Shown here one piece after another: positions 1 through 9,219 of a stretch of DNA of 45,034 nt. The notes beneath the pieces were generated by a model. It was not told the DNA's origin, ran no database searches, and worked only from the letters and a program-made list of their open reading frames with translations. How positions within the stretch are numbered: position 1 is the first letter of the stretch; the number at the start of each line of letters is the position of its first letter. Source of the stretch: Coniocarpon cinnabarinum (lineage: Eukaryota); the NCBI GenBank assembly GCA_051942205.1, contig JAVECO010000181.1, positions 1 to 45,034 of the forward strand. Direction: 5' to 3'. Position numbers and translations under genes: made by a program.

Positions 1-1
1 G

Positions 2-181
2 AAGGGGGGACTGCTTGATGGGGTGGGGAGTCAGGCGTCTAGTCAAGGGGCTGCGAGTCAATCGTTGATGAGTCAAGGGATTGGCGGTCAGGGAGAGAGG
101 AGCCGTGGTGAGAAGAGAGGAGCGAGTGGATCTGAACGCAGAGGTGGTCCCTTTGGAGACGCATACGCTAGGCGTTGGTGA
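2..181 (+). CDS. 3' end of a gene entering from the left edge (Gly/Ser/Gln-rich C-terminus)
   Basis: Frame 2 is open from base 2 to TGA at 179-181: KGGLLDGVGSQASSQGAASQSLMSQGIGGQGERSRGEKRGASGSERRGGPFGDAYARRW*. No start codon lies in the window. Confidence 0.5.
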   Translation, partial: KGGLLDGVGSQASSQGAASQSLMSQGIGGQGERSRGEKRGASGSERRGGPFGDAYARRW

Positions 182-627
182 GCATCTGGACTGGGAAGAG
201 GTTTATAGAGGTCTGTCTGTGTCATGAGTCATGAACTGCCTGGATTGGATTGCACGACATAGAGGTATACACGCACATTCATGGTCTGCACAGAAGCCGC
301 TCCCTTATGTCTACGATGGTTCCTTACATTTCTAGAGTCGTGGACGGTAACGTACGGACGAGCCTGCGATGTTTGTGGTTGAGGAATATGTCTAGACTGT
401 TCATGTCTTTGGATCTGAGATACTGTAGATGCGATTCTATCTTCATCTCGACTTGATTCTGGTCTAATGGAATCGCTGGATCAAGAGGGTGCTTAGTGAC
501 GACCTTTGATGATTGAGGTTTGAGAACTCTAGTAATGTTTTGAGTGTGCTTTCTCGTCCAAAGAATCAGCAGGGGCAATGAAAGTCGTTCATGAGTTAAA
601 ACGAAGAAAGCACTTTAGGGCGTTAAT

Positions 628-757
628 AAGAATATTTGAAGGTGTAAATGAGAATATTTGATATCGTGATTTAGAATACTTGATGTCGTGATTGAGGATA
701 CTTAATATCGCAAGTGAGAATACTTGATATCGTGATTGAGAATATTTGGCATTGTAG
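628..757. repeat. 22-bp minisatellite, about 6 degenerate copies
   Basis: Units start at 628, 650, 672, 694, 716 and 738; consensus GAGAATAYTTGATATCGTGATT. AT-rich; the period is not a multiple of 3. Confidence 0.85.
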
Positions 758-1099
758 AAGAACCAGACTCGCATCTTGCAAATCATGATCTGCATTCAGA
801 CGCAACTTAGGTACATTTCCTCCCGACTTCTGATGCAAGATTGCAGACTCCCGCTCACTTCTATCCGCTCATACTTCTATTCAGCCTGCTTGTGAATTAG
901 GAAGTTATACTGGAGGAGCTTCACGGACTGTAGCTGTAATTATTATCCGCGTGATGTGCGGTCATAGCAGTAGCTCTACTTTCTTTTTGTTGATGACTTT
1001 AAATATAGATTCGAGTAGAATTTAGACTTGGGAAGCTTCCTTCATGGTGGGATGAGTTAGGGATTTTACTCGGGACGGTCTGACTTTGGATATTCATGG

Positions 1100-1960
1100 C
1101 GGTGATTATGCAGCAAGCTAACTCAGCTGATTCATCTACCTCAAAAGAGGAGGACTAATTTTGCTTTCAATATCATCTGGGTTCTACAGTAAGGGTAGTA
1201 TTCAAACATATTTTCTGTGTCAAGCTTATGGAAATAATTTGAGATGGCTTCGTCGCATTCTACGTGACGTAGTTGCCTTTGCCATAGGTACGGTTAAGGG
1301 CAGTGAAACTTACTCATGCTCAAGCGAAATTTGTCCATCGTGGAACCATGCTCAAATAGAATCTTGCGCTGATGCTTTTGCTCTGCACATTCATGAAATA
1401 AGTGGCAATATAATAACTCAGCTGACCTTTACCAACGAAAGGGAAGAATTAGGTTAGCTTTCATTGATGTTGCGTTACAACGTCAAGAATCTCACAAAGC
1501 TACACTTTCTTAATATAGCTTCACACAGATATTCAAGCGTAGCTACTGTCCCCCTTCGAGACGCGGTCGTTTCTTTGCATCGGCACGGTTGGGGCAGGGA
1601 ATCTGACTCATGCTTAAGCAGAATCTAGCTTGCAGTAGAACGTTGCTCTGATTTTCGCTTTGTACGTTAAAACATTAGATAGCAGTCTGATGATTCAGTT
1701 GATCCGCCTACCATCTCAAAAGAGAAAAACGAATTTAATCACTCCAACTTTCATTAGTACCCATGTCGTAACGTTCCAGGGCTACACTTTCTGTGCATAG
1801 CTTAAGAGGGACTTCGAGAGCAGCGCCATCACCGCTCTACAAGACTGTTAGATCTCTCTTTGATCTTTACATTAGGTACATGCCGAACAGGGGAATCTTG
1901 CTCTGGATGTTGCGAGAATTAGGCAGCAATCATGAGTCATGACCCTCCCTTCTGCGTCGC
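1100..1960. repeat. Decayed ~280-295-bp tandem triplication
   Basis: Anchors recur at a ~280-295-nt period: AACTCAGCTGA at ~1120/~1415 (TTCAGTTGA ~1694); ACTCATGCTYAAGC at ~1312/~1607; GCTACACTTTCT at ~1499/~1781; GGGAATCT at ~1597/~1891. Confidence 0.7.
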
Positions 1961-2165
1961 TAACTCTCTCTTGAATCAGAATTAATTTCATTGATAACTT
2001 GGCTCCTCGCTATTTCCGAGATACCACTGTTGTTGGCTGTTTGCCTTTTCTTGGTCGGGATGACCTTTCACTGGGCTAATCGCGGTATTTGTTGCACGTG
2101 TTTTGATGGCTATGCTGAAAGCTTAGGGTTTGGTTTATTGGCATCTTCGAGGTCGCGTGATGCGT

Positions 2166-2392
2166 TGTCATTGCGGTAGATGTGATCATGGTAGTTGTCA
2201 TTGCGGTAGATGTGATTGCGGTAGATGTGATTGCCGTAGATGTGGTTGCGGTAGATGTGGTTGCTGTCGATATGGTTGCAGTAGATGTGGTTGCGGTAGA
2301 TGTGGTTGCGGTAGATGTGGTTACTGTAGATGTGGTTGCTGTAGATGTGGTCACGAAAGATGTGATCAAGGTAGATGTGATTGCGGTGGAAG
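2166..2392. repeat. 15-bp minisatellite, ~15 copies; reads (TTSTA)n on the - strand and (VVAVD)n on the + strand
   Basis: Consensus GTAGATGTGGTTGCG repeated in tandem; lies inside - strand ORF 2076..2480. Confidence 0.95.
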
Positions 2393-2499
2393 TCCTTGCA
2401 ACATAATTGTGTTCGACGATTGAAAAACCCGTCTCCGTCGCTCCAGAAGGCGTTGCAGTCTTCAAGGAGAACATATTCATTGCAATTTAAGAAGGCACA

Positions 2500-3690
2500 A
2501 TGCTGAAGTCACCTATGACCAACTTGTCCCTTTGCATGCTCTCACTCGCCATTGCGAACGCCCTCCCTCCTCCCTCCACCCACTCAATCCCCGCCACACA
2601 AGCATCGTCGTCGCGATCCACAGGTGGCGAAAGCCTCTGTGAACTCCTCACAATCCCCGTCAACATCACAACCAACGCCACGAAATTTGATCTTGATCCT
2701 ACAAGTCAAGCAGAAGTGACACAAATCATCCAGGATCTCGCTAGCGTGAACTCGACTTTCGTCGCTGAGCACACCGTCGGTACACAGATTGTATCTGGTA
2801 TATTCAACATTGGCGCGCAGTTGTGTCATCCTTCCACTTCCACGGATGCCAAAAAGGGAGCAATACAACTCTTGACGCATGGTCTCGGACTCAATCGCCA
2901 TTACTGGGACGTTGCGCGCGGTTACAGCTATGTTGACGCTGCGACGAAAGCAGGGTATGCGACGCTGTCGTATGATCGTATCGGTGTCGGAGCGTCGGAG
3001 CATCCTGACGGTATCAACACGGTGCAATCGTCCCTCGGGGTCGAGGTGTTGCATGCCCTGATCACTCACCTCAAAGCCGGCAAAGTAACTGACACCGTGT
3101 ACGACCACGTCGCCTGCGTCGCGCATTCGTACGGCTCGGTTTTGCAAGCTCGTCATGATGCGTTGTACCCCGCTGACTGTGCCGCGATCATCGCAACGGG
3201 CATCTCAGACACGATGGATGCTCTACCGGATACGCTACTAAGCGAGGACCTAACAATTGCAAGTCACATCATTGCATCGTTCGAGGATCTCTCCAACGCC
3301 TACACAATCGCGCCATCGCCCGTATCCTTCCAACAATCTTTACTTCTGTATCCCTTCTTCGAGGAGAAAATCGCGGACGCGTCCTTCGAAGCTGTACGGG
3401 ACGTCTGGGCCCTAGGCGACGTGCTGACGCTCAACGGAGACACGGTCCCGGCCAAGGAGGTGACAGCGCCAGTGCTGGTGCTGGATGGACTGCGGGACTT
3501 TACGGCGTGTGGTGGTGATTGTACTCAGCCGTATGACCGGGCGGAGGGGTATAGCTGGATGATTTATCCTGGGGCGAGCAAGAGAAGGACGGTGCTGGTG
3601 CCGGAGGTGGGACATGGGATTAATTTGCAGTCCAATGCGGGAAGCGCGTTCGAGAGTATGCTTGCGTTTTTGAAGGGGTGCGGATTGTGA
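2500..3690 (+). CDS. Secreted alpha/beta-fold hydrolase, 396 aa, single exon
   Basis: Hydrophobic signal peptide (LSLCMLSLAIANA), LLTHGLG oxyanion motif, YDRIGVGAS, nucleophile elbow AHSYG, candidate catalytic Asp (RDFTAC) and His (VGHGIN). Confidence 0.88.
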   Translation: MLKSPMTNLSLCMLSLAIANALPPPSTHSIPATQASSSRSTGGESLCELLTIPVNITTNATKFDLDPTSQAEVTQIIQDLASVNSTFVAEHTVGTQIVSGIFNIGAQLCHPSTSTDAKKGAIQLLTHGLGLNRHYWDVARGYSYVDAATKAGYATLSYDRIGVGASEHPDGINTVQSSLGVEVLHALITHLKAGKVTDTVYDHVACVAHSYGSVLQARHDALYPADCAAIIATGISDTMDALPDTLLSEDLTIASHIIASFEDLSNAYTIAPSPVSFQQSLLLYPFFEEKIADASFEAVRDVWALGDVLTLNGDTVPAKEVTAPVLVLDGLRDFTACGGDCTQPYDRAEGYSWMIYPGASKRRTVLVPEVGHGINLQSNAGSAFESMLAFLKGCGL

Positions 3691-4148
3691 CTGGGACTTT
3701 TGAGGCAGAATGATATTGGAAATGAGATGGGCATATCTATTTTGATTTTTTCTCTTACTGTATCTCCTTCATGGAGCCTATCCAAACGTCTGGCGTTTTA
3801 CTCAGACCTACACAAGATCACTTTACAGCATCAGATAGACTTAATTTGGTAGGTGACATCGTTACGATGAGATAATATCACTGGCATGTTGTATGATGAG
3901 AAGTCGCAGAGTTAGGAGGCAATCTGGTGTTTGCACTCTTGAAAGCTAGACAAATGACATCATTCACCTACGTATGGAACCTCCAGAAGCTCCTCCCTTT
4001 ACCAACGCCAGATTTACTACAGCTCTCCCTATATTGCTCACGCCCTTAAGACTTTGAAAATCCCTTCATTTCCACACCAGTAGATCGAAACCCCTTCGCC
4101 ACCGCCACCTGCACATCACCACACCCGACTCAAACAAAAGCCGCAACA

Positions 4149-4845
4149 ATGTCCGCACGCCTCCCCCTTCGCATCCCTCATCGACTGCCTTCAAGAATAA
4201 ACGGCCAACCCCTCAGACCAATTAGCACGACGTTAAGAAACAGGGCGAATGGCTCCCAAACTCAATCAAAAAAGGAAGCAATGATGGATAAAGATGCGAT
4301 TAACACTTCATCGAATGAGTACTCGAAGACGGGAGAGGGCGACGCAGGCGCGGCACATACTTCGAAGGCTTTTGATCCTCATGACACATCGCCTGAGAGC
4401 CAACATGGGGGCACGCAGGTTCGTTGACTTCTTTCCTGCCACTTCTCCACCCCACGTACCCAAACAGCCACCAATTTCGAGGAGCAAAGTATCCCGAAGA
4501 ACCGACGAAGGAGGCCCCGGTGTAAAATAAGCTGTAGAATGCGACACATTGTGAAGTACAAAAATGTCGACATGTGAGCAGCTGCAAAATCGAAAGCTTT
4601 TATGACAAAGAGCTATGACGAAGGGCTGTAAGAAGGAGCTTATTGTGTGAAATGAAGCTAACGTGACATAGGCTGAAGCTGGAAGCGCCAATCCGTTAGA
4701 AGTCAGTCCCGGGAACCACGACACTGCGAGATTCGAAGGCGCCAAGGGGAAAGAAGGAAGTCATGCTGAGAGCGCGGGAGGTGTGGGACGGAGGGGTGTA
4801 AGTGGAGGTGAAGGCACAGGAGGCGTGGGGACGGGGAAGAAGTGA
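4149..4845 (+). CDS. Small hydrophilic fungal protein (147 aa) with a mitochondrial-presequence-like N-terminus; exons 4149-4418 and 4672-4845
   Basis: ACAATG start; Arg-rich, acid-free N-terminus; donor GTTCGT at 4419; branch/acceptor GCTAAC...ATAG at 4671. The phase-0 join gives ...HGGTQ|AEAGSANPLEVSPGN...GKK*. Confidence 0.75.
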
Positions 4846-5431
4846 TGATTTTGGCGATGCGTCGGGGCTGTGCGAGGGACGGTTAAAGAATAAAAAGTTG
4901 GAAAGCGCGCTTGACTTTGTTGGTGAGGTGGTGAAAAAGACACAGATGCAGATGCACTTACACCTAAGGGCGGTGTAGTTCCCTCAGGTCACAAGCGTAG
5001 AGTGCAATTGATGGAGCATGAGGAACCCTGTGTATGGATTTTCGTATCATTAGATGGTATGATATGATGCAATATGGTATCTGTGAATATGGCCGTCTCG
5101 TCGTAAACAGATTGATCCCACTCGCGCTTCCAAGGAAGCTCTGTCCTGATGAATTCGCTGAAACTTCATCCAACGCCCCCAATCAACAATGTCCCTCTCG
5201 CAACTCCCTCGCAAGCCAGTCCATTCAGGCCCATGTGCCCTTCATCCGAAGCATCCCTCCCCATTGGTCTGTCGTACCATCTCTTCTCCATTCTCTAATC
5301 GATCATCCAAATCCCAATGCATTCAGCTCACTTGTCTATCTCCTTCTAGACTCCTCTTCCATGAAGCCTTCTACTTCATCAAGCTCCCAAAGTGTTTCAA
5401 AAATGAATCGCCATCCCGGCGAGAATCCTCA

Positions 5432-5578
5432 TCAGTCCGCTTCTTCATCACTGACACTGCCTCGTCCTCTTAATCGCTGAAAGCCTGATTGAAGGTACCA
5501 AATGCCGAAACCGACGACAGCGAGTACGAAGAATAGGACGATGATTATGATGGCGATGGTGTAGTTGGCTTGGACCAT
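5432..5578 (-). CDS. 48-aa single-pass membrane micro-protein (not in the ORF track)
   Basis: MVQANYTIAIIIIVLFFVLAVVGFGIWYLQSGFQRLRGRGSVSDEEAD*. Good Kozak context (AATCATGG), a ~22-aa hydrophobic helix, then basic residues (positive-inside rule). Confidence 0.7.
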   Translation of the reverse strand: MVQANYTIAIIIIVLFFVLAVVGFGIWYLQSGFQRLRGRGSVSDEEAD

Positions 5579-7045
5579 GATTGGGGTTTGCCTTCTTCAA
5601 GGCTGAGTGAGACGGTGTGTGGTTCCGGAGAGTTTTCGACGGTGGACTTGGTTCGTAGCTTAGGCAGCCGGTAGGTTTCGTGGAGAGTGGGGCTGTGAGG
5701 AGAGGTCTTGTTGAAGCTTCTTTGCGGGTGATTCGATGAGGCGATTTGGCTTGGGGGGGATTGGATTTGAGAAGGAGTAGAGTCGGGCGTTTCGCTATCC
5801 CAACGCGAAAGGTGTGGAAGGGTAGAAGGGAATCTCAAAGGTCTGTAAATGCGTTGATGATCAAGACACTGGTCGAATGTCGCCGACGTGATTCTCTTCT
5901 GACCGATACTGCGAAGTCGCAAAAAAGCACCTCCTACACAACGCGCAAAGCTAATCTATACAAGCGCTGTGAATAAGAACGATGAGTGAGGTACCAGCGA
6001 CGACACGTGCAGTGTGAATGATTGCACCAAGTGAATGGAAGGACACAAAACGTAACAGCACGATCGGAAAGTTTCATAAGCAATTAAATTAGTATTGCAG
6101 CGTGGCGGGTCGCCGCCAGCCATTTGATAGCTATCGTGCAGCGAGATGAGATGGCATGGCTGGATCTCTGTGTGAGGCTGGGGCGGGTGGGGCAAACGTG
6201 GCTGGGTCTTGTTTCTCGGTACGCTAGTGAGCGGCCCGAGAGCTTGACTTCCGCGATCGATCTCTTGGCATTGATCTCTTCTTGGAGCTGTCCACTGCTT
6301 CATCGTTACTTTCGGTCTGTGTCGTCGTTCTGGGCCGGACGGCCTTATTTAGCACAGTAAACAATCGCGCGAACCTTGAACCACATCACATTCAGTTCAT
6401 CTGGCATTCCTCTTCTGCTCCTGGTGGGCTCTCTGGTATGCCCTTTCTTGGTCGTCCAGCACATTGCGCACTCGTCACATATTCATCCTTGACGCGAGCA
6501 AATACTGCCGCATCACAGCCACGCCACTTTGCTTTATTGACTCAGTGACCCATCACGCGGGAACTGATCTTTAGGCGATCTGCTACTTGATCATTAGTGC
6601 AGCCGATGCTGCGCAATGTGACTATTTGGGCGCGATCGGCTACAGATGTCCCGCGCGCCGTGATTTATCAGAGTGCAGATGAGTGAAGGTTGGGCTGACA
6701 GAGTAGTGACAGCGCGGTCAAGACGTGAAAGTGTCGGTGGTACGGTCAGAGACGCAAAAAGCGTCAGTACAAGCGCATGTCTACACGAGTATAGTGTAGA
6801 GACCAGGTGATGTTTCCGAGCATCCTTGCGACCGATTGATGATGGCAAATTCACATTGAAGTATAAAAAAACATTCAGCTTATCATTTAAAAAGGACGTC
6901 GTGGCAATTTAGGCATCAAATTTGACAATTGGTATTAAGCTGGTGTCACATCATCTAGACCTGTGTATCTATCCAATCATTAAAGCAGATCTGAACATCT
7001 ATATGTCCACACTGTACATGGGTATCTATGCAAGCCTTGAAAGCC

Positions 7046-8747
7046 TCATCTAGTCCTACCCACAACGACAACAACACCCTCCTCAAACCTCGCACTCCAG
7101 CCTTCTCTGAGCAGCATTCTTCCCACAGCAGGCCCCACCACGCCTTTCCCGCCAGTGCTATGCCTTCCCACACCCGTCACAATCTCCAAACCACCTCCTA
7201 CGCTGCCATTATCACGATGAACCCGTCCATCTAAGCCTTTGACTCCGCGCCCGCCGCCCCCTCTCCACCATGTCTCCGTGCGGTCCTTTGCGATTCTCAC
7301 AGCGTCACGCACGCTGACTCCGTGTAAATCGATGTAGCCAGGCCCGGACTGAGAGTTCACAAGCGAGTCCGCAGCCAGACCACGAGCTTCGGATGCAGCT
7401 GCAGCTTGATCGCGACCCACCTGTGAGTAATACGCGGACGCACCAGACATGAGCTTGTCAGACTTTGCTTTGCGGGCGGCAGCGGCTGCAGAGGTGAAGG
7501 CTTGATTTGCGAGCGCGCTATGAGCAGTAGCGCGAGACGTGTGGGACGAGGGCGAAGCGTTGGAGAGGCTAGGGATGCTGTTGGCGTTGATATGAGGGGT
7601 CGGAGTGGTGTCAAAAATGGCTGGTTGTGGCGGGCGAAACACGATATCAATTCCACTAGGTTTGCTTGACTGCGCTGTGAGGAGTACAGCGAGCTCATGC
7701 GCTGCTGCTTGAGAAGGGTGCGTGACGCGAACCAAAGAATACACGCGACTCAACGGGATTGCTGGAAATATCTCGCCAAGCTCATGAGCGTGGGCTTGAA
7801 CAACTGGGTCGTCTACTGCAACTTTCGCAGCTGGATGTTCAGGAGGTAGCGAAAAATCCAATAACTCATCCAGTGTACGCGCAGTTGACGCACCATTCTT
7901 GTGCAATAGCGATGAGACGTAGGGCTTTGACATTTGCGTGCACCGCGTGATGAGCTCAATGTCTTCGTTACCGGCATGCCAGCTGTTCTTTGCCGCGCGC
8001 GTCGGACTTGATGGCAGGCTTGAGGTCCTTCGTGGGCTGTCGCTCAGATCGGCACTCTTCCATTTGTTGTTCCTCCTCCGGCCCTTTTGCCTTCGATGCG
8101 CAAAGTCCTCTGAGAAAGCTTCCACGCCCTTCGACGGAATACGAGCCTCGTTCTCGTAATCGACAAGCTCGTCTGAGTTGAACATGGCGTAGTTCAACAA
8201 CTCGTCCATCGCCCGGTCGACGTTGCGATCGCATTTTTGTAGAGTTCGGCTGATTGAGTACTCCTTCAGGGTGGGAAACATCTCCTGCAGGAGAGCAAGC
8301 TTGTCCTCGTCACTTGCACTGACATCATTGTAGACGGGAGAATGGCTTGAGTCGGCGCTCTCGTCACTGCGCACATCTAGTGAGCGCAGCCCATTTGACA
8401 AACTCGTCAGGTCTGTCGCATGAGTCTGGGCAGTGAATGTACCTGGACAAGATTCTGCATGTATCGAGGAAGCTTCATGATGCTCCTCACCCTCTAGACG
8501 TCCGCCGCCCGTGCCAGAAGGATCAAATCCGCTTTCCGCTTGTTCGTCGGCAGAGGCTTTGAGAGAGTCAAGGACAGCCCGCGCTGCAGTTTCGCCTTCT
8601 TCGGAGCCGACATCGTAATCCAGAACAATGGCTGAGAACAGCGCGGGATCTATAGGGGGACAGTAGTCCTTCTGCAAGAATCGTAAGTACGGCGCGACTC
8701 GCCTAAGGACTCAACAGTACCTCAAGAACGGCGAGGGCTTCAGCCAT
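7046..8747 (-). CDS. CUE2: CUE + DUF1771 + Smr domain protein (Cue2/N4BP2-like endonuclease), ~550 aa; exons 8747-8721 and 8671-7046
   Basis: Exon 1 MAEALAVLE, then a 49-nt intron GTACTG...TTGCAG. CUE motif LQEMFP...VDRAMDELL; second CUE-like EIFP; SGASAYYSQVGR helix; Smr motifs IDLHG and IVTGVGRHS...VGP. Confidence 0.88.
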
Positions 8748-9219
8748 GCTGTGGATCTGTCGCTCTAATGCGCTAACGTGTCTCGGATTTTACCAGACGT
8801 CGTCGCGCACGCATGTCGGAAGTCGCATGAGCATCAATGACAAAGTTTTGGGCGGTTCAAGGCTGTATCCAAGGCAAGAAGCAGATAGACTTAGCACACA
8901 AAGTAGAGGCGTTTGCGACAAGAGAGTGTCTTCGTGACGTCACATGAGCTTTGTACGCGCCTATGGATCGATGTGGTGGTAAGGTACGGTGGCACGATGG
9001 CCCAGTCACTGGCCTTGCGGTTGCAAGATATCTCTTGAATCATTATGTACCAGCGTTGCTGGAACGACGTTCATCCCTGCGCACTATCTACGGCAGTAGT
9101 CCTTGCTGACAAGCTAATGTGCCAAAGTCGCAAACTCTGGACGCCAGCGCTTTTCAATCATGCGTAAAAACACTGCAGCCTCCATGTTCGCTGCGGCAAC
9201 CCCGTTTGGAGAAGCTGCA

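Noticed and set aside
628..2392. Repeat arrays as a CRISPR or prokaryotic repeat system
   Set aside because: Units are directly tandem with no unique spacers, there are no cas genes, and the context is an intron-containing fungal genome.
2130..2423. Cys/Gly/Arg-rich 'metallothionein-like' ORF (CGRC repeats)
   Set aside because: It is the third-frame reading of the 15-bp minisatellite; unit variation is non-synonymous in this frame and the ORF has no ATG start.
5034..5922. ORFs 5034..5480 (+) and 5545..5922 (-)
   Set aside because: Low-complexity Ser/Pro translations without motifs; better explained as the UTRs or antisense of the 48-aa micro-gene.
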